In this document: piece by piece, positions 1 through 11,507 of the stretch
How the letters are laid out: each line of letters starts with the position of its first letter
Position numbering within the stretch: the stretch's first letter is position 1
Assembly (NCBI GenBank): GCA_040285825.1
Contig: JAUPSS010000011.1
Span: forward strand, 434,001 to 498,000
Reading direction: 5' to 3'
Source of the DNA: Eukaryota sp. TZLM1-RC
Lineage: Eukaryota > Protista > Metamonada: BaSk clade
DNA length: 64,000 nt
Position numbers and translations under genes: made by a program
The notes under the pieces: model-generated
Seen by the model: the letters and a program-made list of their open reading frames with translations, nothing else
Told to the model about the DNA's origin: nothing
Databases searched by the model: none

Positions 1-745
1 CAAATTGTAGTCCATATTTGAATGAGTTATCTTGTGAGCTCGAAAGATTACCTCCACAAATCTGGATTAAATGTATTCTCCAATCAATTCAAGAAAATCC
101 GAACCGATCTCTTTTTAATTTGCAGTTTTGCTGTAAAAAGCTTCAACAAAAATTGGCAAACATTTTTGAAAGCTTGGATTTTGTTGTCAGACTTGCCTTG
201 ATCAGGAAAAAGAATCCCGCTTTTGCAAATCTTTTACAAGATATGTGTGATCCTACAAGTTTATGGCACTCTATTAACTGATTCTGCCTGGACTTTGAAT
301 ATGAATTTCATAATATTTTCTGGCCTGATAATTTACCTCAAAATTTAATTTGTAAATGTAGTCAAAAAATTACAATTACTCTTTTGTTAAATTGTAAACA
401 TTTTATTACTTTTAAAAGCAAGGTTCATGATGCTGTAAGAGACCAATTATATTGTATGTGCAAGTCTCATAGAAGTGAATCTTTTCTGTAGCCGTCAAAC
501 ATGTTTGGTTCATGTAAAATACAATTTGTATCCATTTGTATTTTCTTTATTTCGTGCACTTGCTTCCACCGCTTTACGTTTTTTGACAGATTTTGAATTA
601 ATTGTAGAACGAATGGAAATTTTAACAGATTGTTTTGGCAAAGTAAAACAGTTCCTCTTTGGGAAAAACAATCTTTTGAGAAGGCACCATCTTCATGAGC
701 CTTCAAGTAACTTTCATTATTGCAAGTTTTCAATTTTCCCTCCTT
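1..745 (+). mobile_element. CRE/SLACS-like RLE non-LTR retrotransposon, degraded 3' fragment (family B-like)
   Basis: Translates (with frameshifts) to LPPQIWIKC..KKLQQKL..NPAFANLL..ICKC..NCKHFITFKSKVHDAVRDQLYCMCKSH, homologous to 21591-22595. Confidence 0.8.
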
Positions 746-1078
746 AGCAACTTTTTTTTGTGGCTTAATTTGTTGTATCCACCACAAATTGACAAGTAAT
801 GGAAGGGTTTAAGTGTGTGTGATTTAGTTCTCTTTTTTTATTTGATCAATATCTGTTCTGTTGATTAAATAGTGATGATGCTCGTGACATCAAAAGCAAT
901 TTGACAGCAAACTCTAAAACCAATATTTTCACATGTAGCATGTAGCAAACTGCATTAATAAAATGAGTTTGTAGATTTGAATGAGGACAAGACTGACTTA
1001 TTAATCAAAGACAAAATGATTTAAATAACATTAAATTAAATACAAGAGCAACTACGAAGCTACCAAAATCTGAAGAGT

Positions 1079-1479
1079 CTAGGTACTACCAACTGGTGAT
1101 GTCAAAACAGCACTGTAGTTTACTAAAAACTTTGCATGTGTATCAACAAGATCCAAATCTGAGATAAGCCAAAACAACAAAACAAACCTAAATCAGTGGC
1201 AAAGGGAATGACCTCTTCTACATCTATAAGAGTGTCTGGACTGTTAATAGTGCCTACAAAGTCAGCAGAACGACCAACCAGTGCACGCATTTGACGGTCT
1301 ATATCAGAAAAGATAACGTACTTGGTGGAATTACCAGGAATAGTTACTTCCAAGGCCTCACTACCTTGATAATTTGTGACTTTTGTTATTTTAGCAGAAA
1401 GTGTGACCTGTCGACTAATGTATTCATTCCAAAGAGTTGCATTGACTGGAGGAGGTGTGGCGTAAGCTGTGTGGTCCAT
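1079..1479 (-). CDS. RPA3: Replication protein A 14-kDa subunit (OB fold); join(1188..1479,1079..1158), 123 aa, one 29-nt intron
   Basis: PPVNATLWNEYISRQVTL start. Splicing GTTTGT..CTCAG (1159-1187) restores the RPA3-like end FATDLDLDLVDTHAKFL. Confidence 0.7.
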
Positions 1480-1935
1480 TCTTTCAGATATTGGTCCAGC
1501 AGAAGTGTATGAGATATTCTTATAAGATTTGCAAAGTAGCTTGAATACTTTTCACTTTCTGTGTCTTAGTTCCGACTTTATTCATATATTTCGATCCACA
1601 AATCCTCTTATTACTAGGCCTTTGGCCCAGATGTTTAATGAATTACGTGCAAAAGTTTTAATTTGACGGTCTTTTGAACCAAATTAAACAAAAATTAGGC
1701 ATAAGTTTATTAATTATTGGATAATTTATATTTACCTTATGTCATCGTAGTAACTGATAACATGCTTGGCTGTAGTCTCAGAAATGTATTTTTATCAATA
1801 GAAAAGGGCTTTCTCCTTACCTTGCTTGTCGGGCTCGTCAATTGGCGTCTAACGTGAAGACAAGTTTTCCTAAAATTTGTCAATCCTGGACAAAAAACTT
1901 TTTTCGTGCTCATTGTAGAGCTCTAGATAAAACAA

Positions 1936-3330
1936 ATGTCTTTGTCAATTATATGCTCTCTTTTACCAGATGAACCATTAGCCCAACCCGAGGAAGTAGT
2001 TGTTGATTCTGTTCTTGAGCACTACATCAATTTCAATATGAATTATTCAAGAGAAAGATTCTTTTTATTAAATGTATGTAGGTTTATCTTGAACTTCCTT
2101 CAGAGATTTCCTGCTACTGCTTCTCTACTGTTTTCACATGATAAAATCACCTATTCATCAAAAGAAATTGTTGAGCTTTTTCTCTTTAATCCTAAATTTC
2201 ACAATATTTACTCACTTTCGTTTCTCACATGCATTGCTGGAAGAAATTTAGAATAATACCTTTAGCTTCTCATAAAGGTTCTAAATTTCATGAGGTACCT
2301 TCACAAATTTTCCACTCTGTGAAAAAATTCCCACTTATTGAAGGATCATCTTCCAAAACAAAGTTCATCAAAAATAGATGTCTGAAACGAATATTCAAAC
2401 AATGTCCTTACCAGAAATTTAATATCAACAGAAAAAGTTTGAAAAATAGATTTAAAAATTTTTTTATTGAAAACTTATGGTAATAAACTGCTTTTGACCT
2501 TTGAAGGTAAAAATAATGACTCAGAAAACACAGATGAGCTGGATGAACCACCGAAAAAGAAACGAAGATTGAAAAAAGAAATGAAAAGTGACCCTGATGC
2601 CAACAAAACCAGAGAAACACAGTTGAAGGGTACTAAACAAATGCCCAATCGAAGACGTAGACATCCAGTCGCAATTTTACTTGAAAGGCCCCTTATTGGC
2701 GTTGATCTGAGACAATCTAGATTATGTGGTTACTTCTTAACTGCTAATCAATGTGGAGTTATCCCTTGTCCAACTGACAGGACATACATGACAAAACCTT
2801 CACCCAGTAAACACTCTCCTAACCAACATTCCGTTCAAAATTTCAACCAATATTTGAACCATTGGAATTTGGTCAGGAGGAAAGTGTATTTGGAAAGTAA
2901 TCGCCAGAAATGGAAAATAATTAAATTTGATAACCGAAGATGAAAAGAGAGACGGTTCAGAGAGACTCTCAACAAATTTCAAAGGCTGGCTGGACATCCT
3001 GAAAAACTCTACCTTGCTGTGGGTTCTGCTAATTTCCCTTCTCATTTACGAAAAGTCAATCGATATGGATCAGCAAGGGCTTTTAGAAATTGGTTGTGTT
3101 ATCAAAAGGACGTGAAGCACTTGTCAACCAGTGAATTTTATACCAGCAAACTTTCCAGTTGTTGCATGGCCGAGAATATTCAAGTAAGCTCATGGTGGAT
3201 GCGTATTTCTACTGAGTGTCAAATAGTATATGACAGGGATATTTCTGCTGCAAAAAATATTCGAATTAAGAAGAAAGCGGAATTGTGGCCGGAAAGATAC
3301 ATTTTCCCAGATGCTCTATTGAGGAGATGA
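1936..3330 (+). pseudogene. tnpB: Fanzor/TnpB-like nuclease, frameshifted (family F1)
   Basis: RuvC-I LIGVDLRQSRLCGY (ORF 2467-2943); RuvC-II EFYTSKLSSCC and RuvC-III YDRDISAAKNI (ORF 3019-3330). 5' limit approximate. Confidence 0.8.
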
Positions 3331-3423
3331 ATGGGTAACCTGAGCATACAGAAACAAAAATTTTGGAACAACTGATATTTTATTTTGAGTTCATTATTAT
3401 TTTTTGAAAATCTTTTGAGACCA

Positions 3424-3520
3424 ATCTACAAATAGCTTAGTAGCATTTGGTAGGTCCACTTAGATACATCAAGTCGCGAGGCTTTGTTCTGAGAAAGCAG
3501 TAGGTGTATTTAAGTGAGGT
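3424..3520 (+). ncRNA. Candidate omegaRNA scaffold of F1
   Basis: Hairpin at 3424-3455; 14-bp stem 3457-3470/3503-3516 enclosing an AAGTC-GCGA-GGCTT GNRA hairpin; lies 95-190 nt downstream of the Fanzor stop. Confidence 0.5.
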
Positions 3521-3707
3521 AGCCCATTGATGAAGATCATGATTGTCTTTGTCAAATGACACTACATGTTTCTTACAGCCTGTGAGTAGACATTGAGAAA
3601 GTTGAAAACAGGAGTGAATTTCACAGGGGAATGCATGATAAGTGAAATTCTCAGTATTCTGGTAATTCTGCATTCCAGATTGTTCTATACTTGATCTTTT
3701 AGTGTAA

Positions 3708-5210
3708 ATGAGTAATTCACTGTCTTATACGCTCAAAAATGTGTTCAACCTTGACAGTTTTCGCCCTGGCCAGGAAGATGCCATTCGTTCTATTCTACAG
3801 GGCCAAGATGTCTTTGTCAATGCACCAACAGGCTTTGGAAAAAGTTTAACTTATCTACTCCCTTCTTTATTGAAACCAGGACTATGCTTTTGTGTCTTTC
3901 CTCTTGTTTCACTTCTCAATGACCAGAGAAGTAAACTTAAAACACTCCAAATACCTTATGGGATACTTGCGCCATCTCTAGACCCAGAACAGTCTTCACT
4001 GACCTCCCAGTTGTTGAACAATATGGAACACGTGAACTTAAAGGTGGTCCTCACAACACCAGAGTCTATTACGTTAAAGAAAAATCTATCTCTATTAGAA
4101 TCTCTGTATTCTCGAAATTTGGTATCCTTTTTTACAATAGATGAATGCCATTTAGTATGCGAGTGGAATTCTTTTCGATCGGCTTTCAATAAACTCAATA
4201 TCCTCCGTTCAAAGTTTCCCTCAACTCCACTGCTTGCTCTGACTGCCACTGCTTCGAAGGAGGTTAAAAAGCATGTTTTTTCAAAGCTTAAGTTGAAATC
4301 ATCTACTGTCACGGTGACTGTAGCTCCTGATCGCCCAAATATTAAATACTCTGTTTTATTCAAAGAATTACAATCAAATCCATTATTTGCACTTCAAAAT
4401 CTTGTTAAATCATTTTTTGATCAATACAAGCATAAACGAGGTATTGTCTTTGTTCACAAAAGATCAACATGCGAAGAACTTTCTCAACAATTGAAAACAA
4501 ATGAGATCAATACTTTTGTTTATCATGCAGGATTAGAAATGCTGGAAAGAAACAAAATTCAAACAGAGTTTGGTCAGACAATTAATTCTGTTATTTGTTG
4601 TACCATATCCTTTGGGTTAGGGGTAGACGTCAATGCAGACTTTGTGATTCACTACCAACCACCACACAACATCAATCAGTTCTATCAAGAGTCTGGACGT
4701 TGTGGAAGGGACGGAAGCCAATCAGAGAGTGTTGTGTTCTATGATAGAGAGGATTTAACAAGATACAAGAACATTTTTGCATTGGAAGGGAGACAGAAAC
4801 ATCAATCTAATGCCAAGTCTGTTCTCTCTTCGTCCCAGTCAACTTTTCAGGAAGATTATGAAGAAAAGATGACTGGACTTGAAGATATCATGTTATATTG
4901 TGAGGCAAGACGCTGTAAAAGGGCAGTCTTGCTTAAACATTTTGCAGCAACAGTGAATCCTGAAAGAGACAGAACAAGGTGTTGTGATTACTGTGAAAAT
5001 CCAAAAAAGATCAACATCCAACTCAGCAACTTGGAAATGAGACAAGTTAATAGTTCCGGATTGCATACAAGTGAGGTGAAACGACCACAGAAATCCAACC
5101 AGAGCAAGACACAGTTACCATCTCTCATGAGTGCCTCTCAATTTAAACAAACTCAATCTCTGAAGCGCAAATCATCTGGATTTAAGCTTCTAAAAAACCC
5201 TAGGTCATAA
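3708..5210 (+). CDS. RECQ: RecQ-family DNA helicase
   Basis: FRPGQ, APTGFGKS, DECH, ALTATA, YHAGL, QESGRCGRDG and Zn-binding RQC cysteines. Confidence 0.95.
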   Translation: MSNSLSYTLKNVFNLDSFRPGQEDAIRSILQGQDVFVNAPTGFGKSLTYLLPSLLKPGLCFCVFPLVSLLNDQRSKLKTLQIPYGILAPSLDPEQSSLTSQLLNNMEHVNLKVVLTTPESITLKKNLSLLESLYSRNLVSFFTIDECHLVCEWNSFRSAFNKLNILRSKFPSTPLLALTATASKEVKKHVFSKLKLKSSTVTVTVAPDRPNIKYSVLFKELQSNPLFALQNLVKSFFDQYKHKRGIVFVHKRSTCEELSQQLKTNEINTFVYHAGLEMLERNKIQTEFGQTINSVICCTISFGLGVDVNADFVIHYQPPHNINQFYQESGRCGRDGSQSESVVFYDREDLTRYKNIFALEGRQKHQSNAKSVLSSSQSTFQEDYEEKMTGLEDIMLYCEARRCKRAVLLKHFAATVNPERDRTRCCDYCENPKKINIQLSNLEMRQVNSSGLHTSEVKRPQKSNQSKTQLPSLMSASQFKQTQSLKRKSSGFKLLKNPRS

Positions 5211-5428
5211 GTTGAGGTAACTATGTTTTTATCTGAATAATAATCAATCCTCAAAAAATAAGCAATCTACCCTTGGAAACTGTTATTCTAGACCGTTTGA
5301 ATTTGATTGTCTACGTGATTGATTGTGATTGGACTAACATTCGTTTAATGATAGGGTTTGTTGTCTTTTGTTAAATGAATTGCAATGGCCCTAACCCTTG
5401 CAGATTGACAGTCTGTTATCTACTGTTT

Positions 5429-5555
5429 AGCTATCGGTGTAGAATATGAACGTAATGCTGTGAGTAGGTTCAGTAATAGTGACGCTTGTTTGGAGGATAT
5501 TGAATTCTAGATGGTTATTTTTATCTCAATAAATATTCCAGTTTTTAAAAAAAAA
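5429..5555 (+). mobile_element. Family A RLE retrotransposon, short 3' tip with poly(A) and TSD
   Basis: Matches the family A 3' end. Flanked by GTTATCTACTGTTT at 5415-5428 and 5556-5569. Confidence 0.9.
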
Positions 5556-5872
5556 GTTATCTACTGTTTTGTCATCAATGATCAATACTACTGAAGTAGC
5601 TGGGATCACTCAAAATCTATAAGGAACTTGGTTTTGCGAATTTGAGATGGAATAGCTGCCTTCTCTACTTTCTTCTCATGCTCCAATATCGATACTCCTC
5701 TATGCTGCATTGAGTAGTGGATACTTGGTAGTATGAATAAATTAAAATCAGTAATTAAAAAAATTGGTTTTTTTAAAGAGTATAGGATTTTTACATGAAG
5801 ACTTAAAAAAGATTTAATACAAATGACTGCTAAATAGAAATCATTATTGATCTAATATACAAACCCTCCGAC

Positions 5873-7508
5873 CTAATCCCGACCTAACTGACTACGACTT
5901 TGTTTAGCTTCTCTTCTTCTTCTCCTTTCTTTTTCCCTTTCCTCCACCTGTTTAGAAACATCATCCAGTTTTGCTTGAGATTCCAGAACAGATTCTTCAC
6001 GGTTGAGGACTTCGCTAGTGGTAGAAGATATGAATTCAGCAAAAGAAGAAGAACGAGATCTTGTTGTAGGTGTTGGTGTTGGTGAATCGACTTTTGATTT
6101 CTTTTCAGATATTCTTTTTTTCAAGATCCTTTTTAGTTTGTTTAGTTTTTGTAACCGAATTTCCTTTTCTTCATCAGTTTCCCCTTCCTTTTCCCTTGAC
6201 AATTCGTTTAACAACTCCTTAATCTTTGATGAAGGAATTTTTACACCTTGTCTGGGTGAAGAGGGTTCTTCATACTTTAGTGGAGAAGCAGGAACTTCCA
6301 CCTCACTAACTACAGATACTTCATCAACAACAAAAGAACGGAATTTGTCCTTAGCTCTGGTCAGCTTGTCATGAACAAATGAGGAAAAATCTTCACTAGT
6401 GAATGAATTACCTTTAAAAGATAACCTCCCGATAGAATCCAAGTCGTCATCAATTGATTGCCTAATCAACTCCTCTTTATCTTTGGCTAATTCACTCTCC
6501 GCAAGCCTTTGTCTTTCTTCCTGGTCAACTGCTTCAATCTTGGATAGAATATCTTCAATTACTGATTGTATCTCAGCAGGATTCACTCCATCAGTGTCTC
6601 TTTCGGCTGCACTTCTGGCAATTGACCTTCTCTTTTCCTCCTCAATACGATCTTGAATCTTTTTTTGTTCTTCGTCAATAATTTCTTGAACTTCTTCTGA
6701 TTTTAATCTACCAGCTTGGCTCAATTGTTTAATTAAGTTTTGTTCAGAGAGTTGGTTGTCGGATGAAGTGAGACTCTCTTCCTTGGCTTGCAAAAGTTTA
6801 GCAGCAAGTTCTGTAGCTAGAATTCTCGAGTTTTCTTGCTCCTTTTTGACCTCCTCAGCGGTCCTGCTTCTCAAATCCTCAATTTCCATGGCATTAATCT
6901 CTTTTTCCAATAACTGCTCTTCAAGGTACTCTTCTCGGCTGGCAGTAGCTCTCTTATGGCGAAGTGTCTGCTTTAACATTTGCTTCAGGTCTTTTCTTCT
7001 TCTTTTACAAAACTTTTCGAGCTCATCTGCATGCTGCTGTGTGGTAGGGCCAGGTGACCAACTTCTGTGTTTAGAGAGTCGTTCGTGTAGTCTTCGTCCG
7101 GAGTTGAGTTCAAGGGCGGCAAGGGTAAGTTCGGTTGAAGGTTTACGGGCTGAGGTGAGAAGGGGAAGAAAAGTACAAACTGAGGTTTCCAGACAGAAGA
7201 AGTGAAAGCATGTGTTGTGGGGTAAGGTTCTTGCGCCAGCGGGAGTCATCCTGAACAAGACGATTGGCCCTATCAATGGAGGCATCTATGAAATGACCAA
7301 GGGAGACTAGTGTCTCGAATCGTGAGGGATAAATAGAGCTGAGACCATATGTGATTTCAGGATCAAGTTGAGGCGGTGACTGAAGAATAGAAGAGAAGCG
7401 TGAATTGATTGAGGTCAGACAGCTGTCCAGGCGATGATCTATTGATTGAAGGGAAGTAGCGATGTTTTCAGCTTGACGAAGAGCGAATCTACGGCTAGTT
7501 TGAGTCAT
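5873..7508 (-). CDS. Hypothetical coiled-coil protein; join(7181..7508,5873..7149), 534 aa, one 31-nt intron
   Basis: ORFs 7143-7508 and 5873-7285 are joined in frame by GTTTGT..CTCAG (7150-7180). E/K/R-rich heptads. Confidence 0.7.
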
Positions 7509-7855
7509 TCTTGCAGATGATGTCTATAAACAATGAAATAAGTGTCCTTTTACACCAATGTAGAGGGTCTGAGTTTTTTATACTCTTAATACCTTCTTTT
7601 CAGAACCTTCATCAACCTTGGCTCTCTGTAGGTATATTGGTCTATCTCCACGATTTACGTGTGATTCCATCATCACCAACATATTCAGCGAAGCATTTCG
7701 ATCTCTATTCCACAAACTTTCGCATGATTTACACATGGTAAGCCCGTGACGAATAGACATCTCATGCCTCTTCCATGTCTTAGGATTTCTGCACCATCGA
7801 TATGTTTCAACTGTTTTCTCCGCTTTCTTACAGTTGAAACAACATCAACTGGTTC
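7503..7855 (-). mobile_element. Fanzor family F2, 3' fragment (Zn finger, RuvC-III and 3' tail)
   Basis: CCFNC..RHGLTMCKSCESLWNRDRNASLNM..RP; near-identical to 17572-17920. Confidence 0.85.
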
Positions 7856-7897
7856 CTTTAGGGGACGCTTGTTTGGAGCGAATCTACGGCTAGTTTG

Positions 7898-8069
7898 AGT
7901 CATTCTTGCAGATGATGTCTATAAACAATGAAATAAGTGTCCTTTTACACCAATGTAGAGGGTCTGAGTTTTTTATACTTAAACCCTTAATTCCTTTTTC
8001 TTTGAACTTTTATCAACCTTGGCTCTCTGTAGGAATACCGGTCTATCTCCACCATTTACATGTGCTTCC
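7898..8069 (-). mobile_element. Fanzor family F2, second shorter 3' fragment in tandem
   Basis: Repeats 7503-7670 with the same terminal ...CATCATCTGCAAGAATGACT. Confidence 0.8.
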
Positions 8070-8365
8070 TTCGTGTTTCATGACAGTGTACAGCAGAACG
8101 AGTTCTTTGAGTTACATGCTACTGTTGTCTAGTGGATGAATATCTATAAATTCTTTGAATCAAGATACTTTTTTCTACTTTGTTGCATAGAATTAGTGAA
8201 TAGAAACTGATCCAGGAAGAGAGCATTCATTTTTGCAAGTTTTTCTTCAGAGTTGGGATGCTAACATATTATTTAGATCAAATCAAGAACAAAGCCAAGT
8301 GTCCAAGGTGCCTTCTTTAGGAGACATACATTCTCTATCTAAACATTGGAACAAGATATGAAGAA

Positions 8366-9032
8366 TATTTTAAACTGTAAGTATTTTATAACTTATCGCT
8401 CAATTGTTCATGACTCAGTTCGTGATCAATTATATGCCATGTGCAAAAGTTTCAATATAGAGGCATTTATTGAGCCATTAGTACGTAAGCTGTCTTCAGA
8501 TCAAACTGATGATTGCTTTGGTAAAAGAATGGCAGATTTAGTAGCTCCAGGGATCGATGGTGTTCTCAATGTTGTGGATGTTGTCTCAGTAGATGTCTGC
8601 AACAATTCTGCTGCTCGTTTGGTGTATTCCGCTGATTCGCCGTTATCTTACGCCGAAAAAAAGAAGATAAAAAATATGAAGTACCATTGGCACAGTTAGG
8701 TAGAGTGGAACATGTGAAATATCAGTTTGTGCCGTTTGCAATTTCTCTTTTTGGCAATATTGGACCTTCAGGGTTGCACTTTTTGGAAAATTTTAAAATA
8801 GTGTTACTAAATTGGTCTGGTTAAACAATGAATTCCACTTTCTGGTTAAATAGAATTGTTTTGTGCATTTTCAAGTCTATTCCAACAATGATTTCAAAGG
8901 CACTTTTAGCTATTGGTGTAGAATATGAACGTAATGCTGTGAGTAGGTTTAGTAATAGTGACGCTGGTTTGGAGGATATTGAATTCTAGATGGTTATTTT
9001 TATCTCAATAAATATTCCAGTTTTTTTAAAAA
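8366..9032 (+). mobile_element. Family A RLE retrotransposon, 5'-truncated
   Basis: HDSVRD, ADL..VVDVVSVD, AEKKK motifs; AATAAA and poly(A); TSD AAGATATGAAGAA at 8353-8365 and 9033-9045. Confidence 0.92.
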
Positions 9033-9197
9033 AAGATATGAAGAACTCAAATTAGTAAACAAATACAGTATTTATCAAAACTACACAGGATTCAGGAACT
9101 GAAAAAAACAAAGAATTAATAAAACAAACAAGAAATAATAATAACCAATAATAAAAGTTTAAATGGAAAAATAATACAAGTTCGATAAAAACATCAC

Positions 9198-11507
9198 TCA
9201 ATCAACTGCCTTTTCCTGCTGAGAAAAAAGCAGAGCAATTTCCCTCATATGAAGAGTTCTTGGCTTAATTTTCTTTGGTTGGAATAGAGACAGTGGCTGA
9301 CTCTCTTCAAGAGGAGGCATATTTTGATAAACTTCATTTTCCAATTCCTCAAATTTTTGATTTAAAGCTGTTCGGACTCTGAAATAAAGCTTGTGAAAAG
9401 CCCATGAATGACCCTTTTTCAGTTCCAAATGCAGAATCGAGTTACAACTCCTACAGCAAGGAAGAGCATGATCCCCAACACTGCATTGGACTGTGGGATG
9501 TAGGGGCAGATCGGTGATCTTTACCTCTGAGTTGAAAGGAAACTTCGTGCAAAGAGAACATGGTCGACGGCACCATTTGATGGAAATCTGTAACGAAGGA
9601 TCAGCCAGCTCTCCTCTAGCTTCAAACAGAACAGGAGAAAGAACAGAGCTAATACACTTGGAGGTGTCCATCTTGATACCAATCCTTTGACAAACTTCAA
9701 TAATGGAATTCCAAAGAAAATCCTCAGATTCTCTCAAAGGTTTATTGATGCAGGTAAGCAGGCTTTTGGGAACTTCAATGTCACCCAAGGCCAAGGCTGG
9801 AACCTTGACCTCTCCCCACATAAAGGGATGGTATTTGACTTCGGAAATGGTTGGCCTTTTTGAGGGATCCAAAGACAAAAGTCTTCCGATCAAATCAGCA
9901 GCGACGAGTGAAATATTAGTTGGCATTGAGTACATTCCGTTCACAATTTGATTGACCAAAATGGCAATGTTGGTGGAATCAAAGGGCCTTTTTCTTGTCA
10001 ACAGTGAATATAAAAGAATTCCAAGTGACCAAATATCTCTGGCCCTCCCACTATAGGACCTGGAGAGACATTGTTCAGGGCAAAGATGGTAAATGGAACC
10101 AGCATCTGTGGTCGAGAATAAATCCCAATTTGGATCTTTGAAGAAGCCCGCATGACCAAAATCATTCATTTTCAGGTTGCCTTGATCATCAACCAAAAGA
10201 TTCTCAAGCCTCAAATCACGATGAACTATTCCGGCGGAATGACAATGTTCGAGAGCATCAACAATTTGCCGAAAATAAAACCTTACGATTGCTTCATCGG
10301 ACGGCATGGTGGTAAAGTAGTCAAAAAGAGTTCCTCCTGAGGCTAATTCAAGAATTAAAAAAACAAATTCTTGGCTTTCGATAATATTATAAAGTTTAAT
10401 TATATTAGGGTGGTCAAGTACCTTTAATGCTTTAATTTCAGATTCCACAGCAGCAATGGCAGCTTCGTTTGATTTCTTAATAATCTTTATAGCTCTATAT
10501 TGATCTTCTTGAGGGTCAAATGCAAGTTTCACAACAGCCTGTGCACCAAAGCCAAGTGTCCTAGAAACGACATACCTTCCCAACTTGGACAAGATTTTCA
10601 TTGACCTTGATTTTGATAGTTCGAACTCGGAAAGAACAAGATCAGCAAGTTTAAAAAACTCTGTTCTCGACAAAGTGCCATCTCCTGTGGTATCAAACTC
10701 GTTGACCACTTCCTTAATTCTTAATGGAATGACGTTATTGTCAATGGCTTCCTGGTGATTTTTGACCGAGAAAAGCAAAGAATTCAAGGGTATTCCATCA
10801 AAATTGACAATAGCCAGAAACTTTGCCAACTCATCGTTACCGATGCTGTCCTGTCCCTTGAAGTTAGCCAGCTTGAACATCCACTCAATTACTCTAACCC
10901 TATCGTTTGAATCAGTCAACGTCTGCTGAAGTTGATCCCAAATGGTTTCCCCTGAAAAAATAGAATCTCTTCCCTTGTGAAAGTGGGAAGGAAATTCCTG
11001 TTTGGAAGGTAACAATTCAATTTCGTCATCAGAAAGACCAGTGCCGACTAGGGAGTTACTTCTGGAGTTGGGAAAAGAAGCGACAGAATGGGTAGGCGAA
11101 GGAGGGTTATTTTCAGAACCATGTTCCACAGCTTGTGACCACTGGGAGTTGAAAAGAGACTTGTGGGGGTGTGTTGAGTCCGGAATGGAAGTAATTGATG
11201 AATTACGAGAAGGTAAGCGGTGTGTGGGACGGAAGCAATTAAAGTTAGAACAAAGACGAGAAGACACAGATGGATTCACTGTCTGAAGATGGCGAACCAA
11301 AGATATGAACTCCTCCAAATTGAGAGAACCTGTTTGTGTTTTATCAAAAAAAGCAAGTGTTAAGAGGGAGTGGGAAAATCCTGTGGCAACACCAGGCAGT
11401 GACTGTGCTTCAAGGATTTGATCAAGAGTAAGTTCTCCTTTTTTATCAACATCAAGGTTATTGAAGGCACGCCGTATAGCACAAGAACGGGAAAGTGCAC
11501 ATCCCAT
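9198..11507 (-). CDS. Ser/Thr kinase (CAMK/SNF1-CIPK-like) with four N-terminal EF-hand-like loops; likely start MGCALS
   Basis: EF loops DVDKKGELTLDQI, DKTQTGSLNLEEF, NFKGQDSIGNDEL, DTTGDGTLSRTEF; kinase motifs AIKII, HRDLRLEN, DFG, DIWSLG. Confidence 0.88.
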   Translation of the reverse strand: MGCALSRSCAIRRAFNNLDVDKKGELTLDQILEAQSLPGVATGFSHSLLTLAFFDKTQTGSLNLEEFISLVRHLQTVNPSVSSRLCSNFNCFRPTHRLPSRNSSITSIPDSTHPHKSLFNSQWSQAVEHGSENNPPSPTHSVASFPNSRSNSLVGTGLSDDEIELLPSKQEFPSHFHKGRDSIFSGETIWDQLQQTLTDSNDRVRVIEWMFKLANFKGQDSIGNDELAKFLAIVNFDGIPLNSLLFSVKNHQEAIDNNVIPLRIKEVVNEFDTTGDGTLSRTEFFKLADLVLSEFELSKSRSMKILSKLGRYVVSRTLGFGAQAVVKLAFDPQEDQYRAIKIIKKSNEAAIAAVESEIKALKVLDHPNIIKLYNIIESQEFVFLILELASGGTLFDYFTTMPSDEAIVRFYFRQIVDALEHCHSAGIVHRDLRLENLLVDDQGNLKMNDFGHAGFFKDPNWDLFSTTDAGSIYHLCPEQCLSRSYSGRARDIWSLGILLYSLLTRKRPFDSTNIAILVNQIVNGMYSMPTNISLVAADLIGRLLSLDPSKRPTISEVKYHPFMWGEVKVPALALGDIEVPKSLLTCINKPLRESEDFLWNSIIEVCQRIGIKMDTSKCISSVLSPVLFEARGELADPSLQISIKWCRRPCSLCTKFPFNSEVKITDLPLHPTVQCSVGDHALPCCRSCNSILHLELKKGHSWAFHKLYFRVRTALNQKFEELENEVYQNMPPLEESQPLSLFQPKKIKPRTLHMREIALLFSQQEKAVD

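Noticed and set aside
3437-3673. 78-aa ORF divergent from RecQ
   Set aside because: No recognisable motif, and the 3' part runs through the F1 RNA structure
5350-5400. TAGGGT/CCCTAACCCT telomere-like motifs
   Set aside because: One to two units only; not an array
5900-7205. Plus-strand Ser-rich ORFs and similar antisense ORFs within other genes
   Set aside because: Shadows of the coding strand
7481-8069. CRISPR-like repeat-spacer array
   Set aside because: Only two long units with an identical flank; explained as Fanzor ends; no cas genes
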